Part shown: one piece after another, positions 34,082-47,450 of the stretch
How the letters are laid out: every line of letters starts with the position of its first letter
How positions within the stretch are numbered: position 1 is the stretch's first letter
Source: Elsinoe ampelina
Lineage: Eukaryota
DNA length: 64,000 nt
Direction: 5' to 3'
Assembly: GCA_010093995.1 (NCBI GenBank)
Contig: ML992501.1
Span: 892,945-956,944, forward strand
Notes under the pieces: model-generated
Seen by the model: only the letters and a program-made list of their open reading frames with translations
Database searches by the model: none
What the model was told of the DNA's origin: nothing
Translations under genes and position numbers: made by a program

Positions 34082-36470
34082 TCACCCCTTCGACCTCCCC
34101 AACAACCCCCCCACCGTCCTCCCAAACCTCCGCTTCCCACTCCGCACACTCGCGCTAGCCACGCTGCCCCCGCCGTCATCGCCCCCGTACTCCGCCGAGC
34201 ACGGCGTCGGAGGCGCGTTGGGCGGCGGCGAAGACAGCAGGTCGTGGACTTTGATCTCCATCCCCATGCCCTTGGCGGCGCGGGTGTGGAGGGATTTACG
34301 GTTGCGGGAGCGGGAGGACAGGGCGGAGGTCAGGGTGGAGAAGGACTGGTGCTGTGAGGGGCCAGGGGGTGGTGATGGGGAGGATGGAGCGGCGGGGGCA
34401 GGGGCGTGGATGGTGGTTGTGCTGCGGGTGGGAGCCGGGGGATGGGAGGGGGGTAGGCCGTGCAGGGCGGAGTCGTTGCGGGGGAGAGAGTCTTTCGGAG
34501 GGGACGGGGGCCGGTGCGGGAGGGAGTGCGGCGTCGGGACGGGGAAGGTGTGGTGTTGGACGGGCGTGCTTTGGGAGGAGAGGGAGGTGGCGCGGGAACC
34601 GGGGCTGGAGGCGAGGGAGTGGGCTTGGGGCGTGACGGTCGCTTCGTCGGTGGTGACGCCGGGGTGGGCGTCGATGAACGTCTCCTCGAGGAATTTGACG
34701 AAGCGGTCGATGTCGTGGGCGATGTTGTGGGCGCCGAGGCTGGCGCGGACGACGCCCGTGGCTTTGCCGTGCAGGACTTGGACGGGGTTGCTGCATCGGT
34801 GGCCTTCTTCATATGCCCGCTTCATTTCGGCCGCTGACCAGCCAAGGTTGCTGGCCATGCCGCCTGGGTTGCAGAGGCTGCCGCTGCGGACGTAAATGCC
34901 GGCGTCGTTGAGAATACCTTCGACGTCTTCGAAACCCCATAGCCGCCCTTTGGGTGAGAGAATGTTGAATGCCATGGTAGCTCCCTGCGTGCTTGGGTCG
35001 CCGTACTGAGATTTGTCGTCCTTGTAGATTTTGAGCACTGGCGCACCATTGGCGTGTCGCATCGCGCTCACCCGGTCGTACATCATCTTCGCCAGCTGAC
35101 CAGTATGATGGCCGATGGTCTTCATGGGCATCGGTCCGAAGAGCCGCTCGTGGACGTTGAGCGCGTGTTCCAGCTCAACGATGCTGTGGAAAGGTAACGT
35201 CCCGTCCTCCAACCGTTCGTGCAGATCGTCCTTTCTCACGTGCCAGCTGTCGTTCAAGGTGATCACCATCTCGACCGTTCCACCACCGAAATAGCGTCTA
35301 TCCTTGAAGATCTCCTCGCTTTCGCGCCGCACAAGTAAGCATCCAATATCGGGCTTGCCGAATATCTTGTAGAAACTCGCCGCCACAAAATCTGGCGCTA
35401 TGCTCACGTCACTCAAGTCCATCTGCGCCGTTGACGCGTGTGCTGCAGCGTCGTACAGCGTGTAGGTTTTGGCTTTTCGCAGATTCTTTCGTATCCGTCC
35501 GCACCAAGAGTAAGGTAACCGACGGCCAGTCATATTGCTCTGACCTGGATAGGCGAATAGTCCGAGTTGTCGTGCTCGTGGCCCACCGAGACCTCCCGAC
35601 GAAATCCATATCTCCACCTCCTCGTCACTGGTGAAGCAGCGATGCATCTTGGTCAGCTCCCGTACGCCGACAATTGATGTGTGAGAGTCCTTGTGGTACC
35701 CATACCAGAGCGGCGTGTTGGTCGCGCTAGCATGGTCCCGCATACAGTCGGTAACGAGCTTGATGGCGGCGGTAGCATTAGCGGTGAAAATGACGTTCCA
35801 ATCCGACGGCGAGGCGTTGAAAAATCGGAGTATACGTAACCGGACATCATCGATCTTGTGTGAGGCGCGGGCGGCTGGAGCAGAATCCGAGTGGGGATTG
35901 CCGTAGAGGTTATGGGTGAGGTCAAAAGCAGACTCGCGTATGAGAGATGCTGTGGGAATCTAAAGCAGGTCTTGTCAGCTAACGGACGGGTGATTGGGAG
36001 GCAGGCATTGGGTCATGGGTGACAGCCGTTGGTACCTGCATACGGCTCATGTGGGGTGACGTACAGCTGTGCCAGCGTTGTCGAGGTAGACGTTTCCTAG
36101 GGTGGAAGTCAGTTCCGCCGTGGGTGGTGGCGAGGTCACATTGCTCCGCACCTTTTAACATGGGCCATTCCCTCTCTCGAAACGCCTCCACCTCCTCCAG
36201 ACATCCATCTTCGGGACCCGTTTCGGAAGCTGCTGGGGTGGTAAAATCAGTGTGGTAGTCGACTTCTTCCGGTTCTGAGCTCGTTGTGCTCGGTGACGAT
36301 ATGCCTCTCGACCGATCATCACTCGACCGTATATTAGACCGTCCTCGCCTGGACGATTGGGAAGATCGTCTGGCGGAAGTGTTGGTGGGCCTGACGAGGT
36401 TGGTTGCTGGCAAATTATCGACGGAGCTGACCGGGGAGACCACGTAGTCAGGTCTTGGTCGAAATTCCAT
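34082..36470 (-). CDS. Molybdenum cofactor sulfurase-like PLP enzyme (HxB/MOCOS NifS-like domain only; no MOSC domain), 2 introns
   Basis: VYLDNAGT, LYGNPHSDS, FTANATAAIKLV, SHTSIVGVRE, LFAYPGQSNMTG, DAAA, PLP lysine in SFYKIFG, FGGGTV, LEDGTLPFHSI, catalytic Cys in RSGSLCNPGG, and VRASLG. A Pro/Ser tail follows. Confidence 0.88.
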
Positions 36471-39400
36471 TTCTAATCCACTACAGCCCTGGTGGATTAG
36501 ACGTGCGTCTCAAGAGACGTCTGATGGCGGATAAATAATATGTCCAGGAAGAATATGTACAAGGGTGGGACGGGTATGGGGATAGACGTTGTCCAAGTTG
36601 GGTAGCCCCTGCTGCTGGGGGGAGGGAGAGGCAAAAGAAAGCAGAGACACACGTCGCTCGCGTGGAAGAAATGGTGTAGGGAGGTCGGCGCTAGTCGAGG
36701 AGAAATATCGATGCCGATTATGCAGGTGTGAAGTGACGCACAGCCCGATTAATGGAGGGAGGGGCCCTTCCGGAAATGAACGATTGGAGCTGTTAACTAA
36801 GAAGAAGCGAGCGATGGAGGCGACGGGGCGGAGGGAGTGCAGCTGATCCAATGGCTCTCGGTTTGTGGCATGGAGAAAGATACGCGCGGTCCGGTGAATA
36901 GAAAGTCAGAAAGTCAGAAATCTCAGGTGGATCCGCAGCTCCTGGCGCGAAAGAATATCGATTGATAGATGAATGACGGGGGCGGCACAGGCGGCGAGGC
37001 AGAGCAAAGAAGCAGGTCGAGGTCATTGAATTGAGACAGCCGGGTCACAGCATTTCGCCCGGACGTTTTTTTTTCGGGGCGAGGACCCCCTCAGAACGGG
37101 CCAAGGGCGGGTCCCAGATGGTCTGCGTGTAAGGATGATTGACGGGGTCGGTTTTTGCCTCTCTGTCTCTCCTCACTGCTGACCTTTGGGTCTCTGGCGT
37201 CGGCAGGCGAAACAAGCGCCCGCCGGTGAAGCCACCGATTCACGGTTCGCTTCGTGCTGTCGTGCATGGTCATGCAATAATCTTCTCATGTGGTGCTTGT
37301 GCCATGTCTCGCCGGCACGTCACTTTGCCATGGACCTGGATGGAGTGACACTGACAGGCCATCATGTCGGGTGCTTGCATGTGGCCTGACAGGGCGGTCC
37401 ATACGATAGCCTTCTTGCGTAAGTCACAGTAATCCAATCTCATGTGCCGAGAGCTTGACTGTCTGGTAAGACACGGGCGGGCCGATAATTTCTGACTCGT
37501 CTGCTTGTATGCTTTGGTGCCTGTCTGCCCTCTTTCTGGCAGAACTGGTCAACTATTTTTACCCCATACACAACCATAACTTTACTCGCATCCATCGCTG
37601 GTATGGACTCGCTTGTGGCTTCAATATTTTGAACGCCTCCTGTAGCAGACGATCTCTCATGATCAAGACGACTCTGATTTGTTGACATTGGATCTCGACG
37701 ATGGATTTTGGCTTTTGGTCAATGCTGACCTTGTTCGACTCGTCCAGGGCGATGCCCAGGCTGGAGGACGTCCTGTGTGGTACCATGTGAGAACTCATGA
37801 CCCAAGATCGCCGTCGACTGGACTAGACATTCCACCGTGCCACTTTGCCATGCCACTTGATCGTGGGACGTCGTGTTTCCGAACTATCAACGGCCAGTGA
37901 CAGCTGTTGTGATCAGAAACAAACGGCCCGCCCTCAGCGGTACACCATCGTCTGAACGACATTCCCAACCTCGTGACGACCATCGCGGGCGGCCATTCGA
38001 CCTTGAAGCTGTTGTGGTCTGCCTTGTTTTGGTATCTACAGCCTGGCCGGATCGCGGACGCGCGTTATCCGTGGCTTCTCACCCACCCTCTTGTAAAATT
38101 GAGAGAGTCATGACCCGCCAGAAGAAAAGCGTCTCAATTCTAGAAAGGGCCTTGCGGACCTCGGGAGCATTGCGGTCAATTAATGAACTTGCCTGATATG
38201 GATCAAGCCCGCCGGCGTGGTTCTGGAGAATGCACTGTAAACATGCATGATAGACGGCCCCTTTGCAGCGCCATGGCGATAGAGATTGTTAGCTGCATGA
38301 TCGTGTTTCATTGCGTTGAGCCCTGGCGCGCGGTGACTGGCTGGCAGGAACGGACTTCAGCACAGGGAGGGGAAAGTGAGGCTTGTGGAGGCGACATACG
38401 TTTCTGTTTTTCAAGACCCTTGCCGACCGTTGATAGTACAAACTCTGATTCGACCAGGGTAAGCACAGGGACATGCCCGCGGAGGGCCGATCATATTGAA
38501 CAGTCAATGCCATGCCACGGAGGATACCACAAGACATGGTCCAACGTATATTGACATGTCTTTCGCTTGATAGTCGACAGTTTGTGGCGAGGTATCGTGT
38601 ACTGTGCCTAGCATAGTGTAGTCCCCCACGATATCGTTTAGCCGACCGGTGAGAATGCAGGCCATGCGGGCGTTTCCGCATCGAGCCTTGTGGTACGGGA
38701 AGTACGGCAGCGTCCAGAGTGGGCGAGAGTGGGCAAGCATGAGCGACGAGAGGCCTGGCAGTTCCGACGACACGGGCAGCAGCAGGAGAAATTTTACTGT
38801 GCATATCCTCGTCAAGCCACCATCCAGGAGAGGTCAAGTGCCATATGCACCTGTCAGGGCTCAACCAGGACGCAGCGTCGCACCATGTCGATCCTGCGTG
38901 CCCCCACTTTTAGCTACTGCGGGAGTCGGCATTGGCTCTGAGCCACCGGACGGCGCAGGATGTTGGATGTTTAGCGCGCAGACGGTGCCAACGGGCCTGC
39001 TCTTAGCGTGAACATCCTGGTAGTGTCGATCATCAACGACGCGGAACGCTCGTGGTCGTTTTGGCGGGTATGCTCTGCGACAGTGTCAAAGGCGACCAAG
39101 ATATTACTGTTGAAGCATTGATAACGGTCGTTTATGCTCATCAGGAAGTTGCACGCGAAGCTCAACGACTACCTGCATCATCGAGCGGCAAGCAAGTCGC
39201 GGACATGGTTCTGTGCTGAGGATGAGCATGCTCCCAGGAAATTGTCAGCATCGTAAAGCCACTGCGGGTGTAGATTTAGTGGGCCGAAAGTGCGTCCACA
39301 TTCAGGTACAACTTCAGCAGAGATTGTTCGAGAGGCGCAAAGGGCGTAAACAATGTGCAGGGAGGGAAGACTTCGGTGTTTGAACCAGAAAAGCACCGGC

Positions 39401-39621
39401 CAAATACAATCAAATTCACAATCAAATTCACACTCGCCAGTCTGCAAGCAAGCAGCTAGCCTCTCGCCGTAGCAGTATCGACCGACAAAGCTCTCCCCCA
39501 GCCTGATCTGTTTGGCGTTAGCCCCGGCCCTCTTGTACCTCGTCCAGCCCGCACGACTCAGCTCAGATCCTTTTTTAGCCTATCACTTCGCCATCCCTCC
39601 GCTTCTTGTCCTCTCTCACCT

Positions 39622-39636
39622 CACACACACACACAC
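39622..39636. repeat. (CA)n microsatellite in the pyrimidine-rich leader of the ABCG gene
   Basis: cacacacacacacac, read directly. Confidence 0.75.
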
Positions 39637-39877
39637 CTCACCTTTCCTTTAACCTCGACGCCTCTTGGTGTGCTTTCATTCCTACGGTATCGCGACGTCT
39701 TGTGGTCGTCGTCTTTTCGAGTCTTGCGACCAATTTCCCAGCTTTCGACTCTGCAGCAATCTAGTGCTACCGGCTGAAGCTTCGCACTTTTTCCGTTTCG
39801 AATAGTGGAACTCACATTTCGTCCTTGAAAGCTTCACACTGGCGTCTCCCTCTCTCACCCGCGGAGACTACCACAAG

Positions 39878-41820
39878 ATGTCTGACGTCGAGAAAATGAT
39901 TGGCGGCGACTATGCCCAGCTCACAAACACAAACATCCGCAGCTTTGGCTGGAAGGGTGTCACCGTCACCGTCAAGGACCGTCAGACTCAACAACCAAAG
40001 AACCTCTTGAATGATGTGAATGGTCTTGTCAAGGCTGGCGAGCTTCTTGCGCTCATGGGACCTTCGTAAGCTTCATTCAGACTTTGACCGCTCAAGAAGT
40101 TGCTAACAGTTTCCGCAGCGGTTCCGGCAAATCGACTCTCCTCAACGTCTTGGCCCACCGCACCTCCATCATGGGCAATGCTAGCATTAAAGCTGGTATC
40201 TACATCAATGGCGCTGCTGCTGTCCCCGCTGCATTCCGCAAGATCTCCGCCTACGTCGAGCAGGAAGATGCCCTGGTTGGCTCTCTCACCGTCCGCGAGA
40301 CTCTCAACTTTGCCGCCCGCCTTTCTCTTCCCAACTCTGTCAGCAAGATGGAACGCCTACAGCGCATCGACGCATTGGTCACAGCCTTCGGTCTCCAAAA
40401 CCAGTCGAACAACTTGATCGGTACACCCATCAGGAAGGGTATCTCCGGTGGTCAGAAGCGTCGTGTCAGCGTTGCTGCTCAGCTCATCACCAGCCCAAAG
40501 ATCCTCTTCCTCGACGAGCCCACCTCCGGTCTTGACTCTGCCGCCTCTTTCGAGGTCATTTCCTTTGTCAAGGACATTGCGAAGAAGCACAACCTGATCG
40601 TCATTGCGTCCATCCATCAGCCGTCAACATCCACATTTGCCATGTTCGACAAGTTGCTCCTTCTGTCGCAAGGTACCACTGCCTACTCAGGCCCGGTATC
40701 AGAGGTTCAGCCATACTTCGACGCCTGCGGGTTCCCAATCCCTCTCTACATGAACCCCGCCGAGTTCATCATCGACTTTGTCAACACGGATTTTGCCCGC
40801 GACCGAAGCGAGATCGACCAACAACTTAACATGGTGCATTCCTCATGGGCAAAGTCGCGCCTCGCCAATGTGACCGTCTCTGAGCTTACTGAGGAAATGG
40901 CTCGCGGCTCGATGGACTCGGATTACACATCCGACCTGATCGAGTCGCACGCATCTCCCTTGAACATTCAATGGGCGCTCATTCACCGATCGTTCATCAA
41001 GTCTTACCGCGACATTATTGCCTACGGTATCCGTATCGCCATGTACATGGGTCTGGCTATCATGATGGGTACCATCTGGCTGCGTCTCGCGCCCATTCAG
41101 CAGAATATCCAGTCTTTCATCAACGCCATCTTCTTCGGTGGTGCTTTCATGTCCTTCATGGCTGTCGCCTACATCCCTGCTTTCCTCGAAGATCGTGCTC
41201 TTTTCATGAAAGAGCGCGCCAACGGTCTTTACGGCCCGACGTCTTTCATCATCGCCAACTTCATCACTGGTCTTCCATACCTCTTCATCATTACTATCCT
41301 CTTCTCCGTCGTTGCCTACTGGTTGTCTAACTTCCGACCGACTGCGCAGGCCTTTTTCACATGGATCATGTGGCTCTTCCTTGATTTGATTGCCGCCGAG
41401 TCATTGGTCGTGCTCATCTCCTCTCTCGTACCCATCTTCGTCGTCGCACTCGCCGCCACTGCCTTTGCCAACGGTCTATGGATGTGCACTGGTGGTTTCC
41501 TCGTCCCTCCTCAGCAGCTCAACGACTTCTGGTACTACGTCTTCCACTTCATCGACTACCAGTCATACGTCTTCCAGGGCATGATGGTAAACGAGTTTGC
41601 CGACCGCATCTACGAGTGCCCACGCAACCCAGATGGAAGCTGTGGCGGCTGCATGTACCGCTCTTCGCTTGAGGATCAGTGCCAGATTGAGGGCACGGCC
41701 GTCCTAGACGTCTACGGATATGGTGCAGGCAACACTGGCAAGTGGGTCGGTATCCTGCTCGGCATAGTAGTCGGCTACCGAGTGCTCGGATGGATGGTTC
41801 TGTACTTCCGCCGCAGCTAG
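39878..41820 (+). CDS. ABCG (White-type) half-size ABC transporter, NBD-TMD order, 1 intron 40066-40118
   Basis: Walker A GPSGSGKST is formed across the intron. Also AYVEQED, signature ISGGQKRR, Walker B FLDEPTSGLD, SIHQP, NPAEF, and six TM helices of the ABC2 membrane domain. Confidence 0.95.
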
Positions 41821-44800
41821 ACGGCGGAATGTATATGATTGAGAGGTGAAAAGGGACGCATGGATAGCAATGGCGTTTAATGAATTGATTTTACAGCACA
41901 AACAGCAAGGATACAGAGGCTACAGACGAGAGGACAGTGAATATGGATGAGAGGGTTGCACGCCACCGCTTGTATTTTGGGTAGGATATCTTCACGGACA
42001 TACTATATACTATACTCTCTTTTTACTCAATAGGGAGCAGCAAAGCAGACGTACACCTGCGACGAGAGCGCTGCATAGTAGGCAGTAATTGATCAGAAAT
42101 TCAAGCTTCTTCAAAAGTCTACTCCCTTCAAACAATTTCCCCTCCCACTTGACCAGGCCCGTCTTCCAAACTCGGCTGCGTGTCATCACCAGATATCGCA
42201 ACTTACGCAAGACAATCAACCTCAAACCCCCCCTCCCCGTTCACCTCTCGCCTCAAACCCCAAGCCCTAACCATGCCGCCCCTCGAAAAAGTCGAAATCC
42301 CGACAAGTCAACCCCATCCGCCCCGCCGCCTCACTAGTCCACTAGCCTCACGCGCCGGGCCCTGCTACCTTTCGTGTCTGCAAATCCGTACCCGCGCTAA
42401 ACGGATCAGCGACTAGTTGGGATTCGCATGTACTACTTTCGTAGAAAGACGATAGTAGAGGGGAAAAGTCGGAGAGTGCGGTATCCGAGGCCCTGAGACC
42501 GTGAATCAAAGTGCTGTGCCGCCGGATAGGTGATGGACACGTAGCGCTGCCTCGGGGAGCCGAGACTGCCCCGAGACAATCGATGGAGGGACGACGTCAG
42601 GTGGCGTGGTAGTGTCATGATGGAGAGGCGTGGTGGGGCGACCGGTGAACAGAGGCGTGGGCGGGCAGAGTCAGTCTGGATCAGATGTGCTGGTGATAGG
42701 GATGTTTGATAGGCAAGGGTAGGTCCGGAGAAGCTCCGGGTTTGGGTGAGACGTTGGATGTGAGCTGCCTTTGCTGTTTGCAAGGACTAGAGGTGTCACG
42801 GAAGGCGTGGAGTGGCGCCGAGACATGGATGGGAGGTGGTTGCACAGAGAGGGGCGGTGGCGCGGGGGTCAGCTGGGAGGTGGTGGGTGTTCTGAGGCGT
42901 TCGTGTGGTTGAGAGTGTGCATGGGGAGGAAAGTGAAGGCAGAGGCTGGGTGCATGCGTACGCTGCCTTTCGCGAAGGAGGCTGAGAGCGATGGATTCAA
43001 TGTGTCTTGCCTTTGCGTGGTGGATGCACAGCTCCTCTCAGCTGCTCTTTGCAGACCTGCGGCGGCAGAGGAGTAGGAGCAGGAGATTGACCTTGCGAGC
43101 ATCCTGACAAGGATGAAGCGGTGAAGACTCGCCAACGCATTGTCGAGCAAGAGCTGCAGCTGCTGTGCAACAAGACCTTTCTCCTTCTCGTCAATGCACG
43201 AAATGCCCATGCCATCCATGCCAGCTGCCGGCAGTTCGTCACACACGCTTTCGACTCTGCAGAACCATGGGAAAAAGTCTGCGTGTGGCTGGCGGGTGTA
43301 ACACTCCATCTCGACCTGACCCTTCGCCAATTGCCAGGCATTGAGTGACACTTGTCTCTGTGTCCGGGCTCGGGAAGTGACAGGTCCCGCTGTGGCACGA
43401 ACGACTTTCTCTGTGGATCAGGGTCGAATTGGAGGGGAAGCTGTCATTGCAAAACTCTGCTGAGTGTTCGGCTGGTGATCATTGACCATGGTTTGAAGCT
43501 TGAAGAGTGGGGAGGCTTAGGCATGAGTCGAACGGGCATGTTCTGGATCAATGGTCTGAGGCGGACATCGAGGTCGCAAGGGTCATCTAGCCTCGCTCTG
43601 AGCTTGACAAGGGTTTGTTATCAACCTGTGACGCTGGGCGTGGGGTCTACTCCGCAGGGTCGATGTCGCTTAGTATCTTCGAAGGACGAACACGTGCTGG
43701 CTCGGACCGAGGCTGAAACTGGGAGGCAAATGTTAAGCGGCGGCACAGTCGATAGAGGGATAAGCGACCTTGACGCGGCACGGTAGATTACGACGACGAC
43801 TCATATTCGATATGATAGAGCAAGATGGAGAGTGCGTGTGGGGTCTTGAGCCGGATCGAGGCTTGTCCGTCTCTCCGGGCGAGACTGGACATGTCGGCAA
43901 AATGCAGTTCTGCAAAGCAATCTCGAGGGGAGATATCCATCATGATATCGATGACTGATCTGCCACGGTAAATGGAACTGTACGTAGCTGTAGAATCATC
44001 TCGGATGCATCGCTTGCCAATATCAGCTTGATCTGTGCCACCACACACGTGACCTAGCCGCCTGTCTCACTTTTGTAAAGCCAACGACCACCTTCACGAC
44101 CACCTCTCCGTCATCCTGGCCTGACCACCGGCAAGACCGACGACAATGCACGTCAAATCTGCTTAGCATTCAATACTGCAAACGCAAATACAACATGCCC
44201 TAAAGTCACTACCATCCGGACCAATCACAGCTTTGCTTATACTCAAGAACCAACACTCGCCACGCATTTAGCGGGAAATCGCCAACACCTGCGCATAATC
44301 CGAGCAACCTTGGATGACGCTCTCGAGGCCTGGCACGCCTGTTACGGCCAGCCTCGCAAAAAGGCTTGAATATCTGCTCGGAGGTTTCTCATCTGACCCT
44401 TCGTGCGGCCACATGTGCTGGGTAAGGGTTCTTCGGAAGCGACTTGCACGTGGCGTGAGTCCGAAAGGTTGGTTCAGGCGTGATATATTGCGTTGGTCAT
44501 GGTGATCTGGCATGCACATGCGGCCGGGTCTGTAAGCGATATACCTGAGGCTGCTCTTGTTCTTCAGCCTGGTCGGTAGGTGCCGTGATAAGGGTGATGG
44601 TGATTGCGTGCTGGGATGGGGAAGATTGGCAGGACGGTGACAAGGTTCTTTTGCGTGATTGTGGAGCAAGGGGTGGTGTATACCAGGGGTCCCTAGTCAG
44701 GGGTCTTCAGAGTGCTATAAATACACGGACATGCCTGATCATGACATGGCCAGAGGAACAGATGCGCAGCGCTCGCCGCTGGTCGAGAGACGCTGGACGA

Positions 44801-45131
44801 GCGTGAACATTTGGGCCTCCATTTAGATTCATGGATAAGCTGGCGATTACGCGCTGTCGACTGCTATGGTGCTCAACTTACTGCTTGAGCCAGATGTGCG
44901 AGACCTGCTGGCGTCCACGCTGCAACGAACTCGGTGCACGTGATCTGAAATCTGATGCCAAGATATGTCAGCATTTAGCGTGGCAATTTCTACTCCATCC
45001 AGTCTGACATGGGCAATAACAACATGGGCAGGCATGTCTTTTGCTTGATGAGAGACCTGAGAGTGTCTCATTATGCTCACATTTGTTCTTCCACCTACTC
45101 GACAGTAATCTGAGTCTGTTCGCCACACAAG

Positions 45132-46949
45132 ATGTGGTCTCTTCTCACCACAGCAGTGACTGCCTTGTTAGCTCTCTATTATGGCTCATTTATTCTGCGA
45201 TTCTGCATCAATTATTTCCAAGGCCGCAAATCAGGATTCTATACTGTCTTGATTCCATTTGCTCCGGCGCATCCAGTCTGGCTGATAGGTGCCGGCATCC
45301 TCCGCGAATTTCTGCAAAAGACCTTCAAAGGCAGGCTCTGGGATTGGCTTGTACTGACCATCGGCCCTTTCGAGCATGAGGTCAAGCGTAGGCCCTTTTT
45401 TGAGAAGAAGACCAAATCTTACCTGCTTGTCACAGCAGGCGAGAACGAGCTATGGACCTCCGATCCGGAGGTGGTGCTGGACGTTCTTAAGCGACCCAAG
45501 GACTTTTCTCAGCAGGATGTGAGCAACCTGATTCTGGGCTACATGGGCCCAAGTCTGATCACATCCGACGGTGAAGTCTGGGCCAAGCAGCGGAAGATCA
45601 TCGCAAGTATTGTCAATGAACGAGTCAGCAAGCTTGTCTTTGAAGAGAGCGGTCGACAAGCAGACTTTCTTGTGGACGAGCTTCGCACTGTCAATAGCGA
45701 GGATCGAGATGCAACGATGCCTTCCATGGATGGACTGAAAAAGATTGCAATCAACGTTCTGAGCAGAGCTGGCTATGGTATTCCCAAGTCATGGGAAGAT
45801 GGCGATGTGCCGTCAGACTCGGTCTCAAGAGGTGGCAAATACCATCTCGACTTCATGTCTTCTGTCAAGTACATGATCGACTATCTGGTAGTGGGAGCCT
45901 TTATCAGTCCTCGACTTCTGACAAACATGCCAAATTGGGTCAAGGGTGCTTCCGAAATGCACAACATCGGCCACGCTGTCAACGAGTACGCTCATCATGC
46001 CCGTGCTAAGATCGCCGAGGAGCGTGCCATTCAGGCCTCGTCGAAGACTCAACTAGTGAGGGCTAGTCTGTTGGCACACCTCGTGCTCAACTCTGGCGAC
46101 GCCGCTTCCGTCAACCAGAAAGCGATATCGTTGACAGAGCCCGAAATGTTCGGCAACCTGTGGGTCTTCACCTCTGCCGGCTACGACACAACAGCAAATA
46201 CCCTCCAATTCGCCACCATACTCCTCGCCGCATACCCGAAATGGCAGGACTGGCTCTTCTCAGAGTCCGTCCGCCTACTCCCATCAGGTACAACCTCCGA
46301 CCTCGACTACGCCTCCACCTACACCCGCGCAACCCGCCACCTCGCACTGATGAACGAAACCCTGCGCCTTTTCCCTCCGGTTCCTCACAACGCAAAGATG
46401 AACAAATCAGGGAAATACCAAACCATCACCACCAAAACCGCAACCTACCACATCCCTCCCAAGACGAATATTTTCCCCTGCTTCTTGGCCCTGCATCTCG
46501 AGCCCACAGTATGGCGCGACCTCAACCGTCCAGGCTACCCAGCGCCAAGCTCAGAGACCGTACAGGAGACGCTCCAAGATACACTCGACAAGACGCAGGA
46601 CGAGTACCTCTTCCGCCCCGCCAGATGGATCGTCCAGTCATCCACAGAAGCAGGCGAGACCGAGCAGCTCTTCAAGCCACCACAAGGGCACTTCTTGCCT
46701 TTCTCCACCGGGCCGAGAGTATGTCCCGGCTATAAAATGGCACAAGTCGAGTTCGTCAGCGTCATGTTGACTCTTCTGAGGCGGTTCAAAGTCGAGGCGG
46801 TCAAGCGGGTCATCAATGGGAAAGAGGAGACGCAGGAAGAAGCAGCCCAGCGATTGTGGGAGATGATGCATGATTTGAGGCAGGGTCTGACGATCGGGAT
46901 CAAGAGGATTCATGAGACGGGGTTGAGGTTTGTGGAGAGAGAGATTTGA
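45132..46949 (+). CDS. Cytochrome P450, intronless, 605 aa; substrate unknown
   Basis: N-terminal TM, WAKQRK, I-helix AGYDTTANT, ETLR, FRPARW and heme motif FSTGPRVCPG. Confidence 0.93.
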   Translation: MWSLLTTAVTALLALYYGSFILRFCINYFQGRKSGFYTVLIPFAPAHPVWLIGAGILREFLQKTFKGRLWDWLVLTIGPFEHEVKRRPFFEKKTKSYLLVTAGENELWTSDPEVVLDVLKRPKDFSQQDVSNLILGYMGPSLITSDGEVWAKQRKIIASIVNERVSKLVFEESGRQADFLVDELRTVNSEDRDATMPSMDGLKKIAINVLSRAGYGIPKSWEDGDVPSDSVSRGGKYHLDFMSSVKYMIDYLVVGAFISPRLLTNMPNWVKGASEMHNIGHAVNEYAHHARAKIAEERAIQASSKTQLVRASLLAHLVLNSGDAASVNQKAISLTEPEMFGNLWVFTSAGYDTTANTLQFATILLAAYPKWQDWLFSESVRLLPSGTTSDLDYASTYTRATRHLALMNETLRLFPPVPHNAKMNKSGKYQTITTKTATYHIPPKTNIFPCFLALHLEPTVWRDLNRPGYPAPSSETVQETLQDTLDKTQDEYLFRPARWIVQSSTEAGETEQLFKPPQGHFLPFSTGPRVCPGYKMAQVEFVSVMLTLLRRFKVEAVKRVINGKEETQEEAAQRLWEMMHDLRQGLTIGIKRIHETGLRFVEREI

Positions 46950-47450
46950 TTTACGAATGTGTCTCTTCTACGCCTCCTTCGTGGTCCGTCTCCGCCCGAT
47001 TAATCGACAATCTATGGGTGCGATCCTGGCACTCTCGTCCGAATAGCGGGGGCATTATTGTTCATCCCGTATCCGGCTGCGGGGTGAAGACAAATCGTAC
47101 TTGCCACGTTGTGGTATCGATTCGGCATCTGGCAGCATTTCACAATGGCATGGAGCCGTGCTATTGTACTAGCACATCACATCAGCAACCTCCTTGAGAA
47201 ACTCCCCGTTCTAAGCTGGATGATTATATCTATCAAACTGCTAAAAGCCATGTCGATGATCCCAGAGCCCTTGTTGTAGCCTCTGAGGCTTGAATCAACC
47301 ATTGCGAAAAAGCGGCAGCTTGTGCTGCAGCACCCATGTCAAGGTGACAATGGGCCTAGATCTCCTCGAACGGAGGCACCAACCAGCCCAGCGCCTACTC
47401 CAGAGCGCTCATATCCGCGACTACCAAGCGTGCCTGCGCGCACCCACTCA

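Noticed and set aside
34068..34895. Several overlapping Gly- or Pro-rich ORFs
   Set aside because: They are shadows of the skewed 3' end of the Moco-sulfurase-like gene.
22664..46949. Possible secondary-metabolite cluster (two P450s, ABC transporter, PLP enzyme)
   Set aside because: There is no PKS, NRPS, terpene synthase or pathway regulator, and the genes are far apart and interrupted by KAP123.
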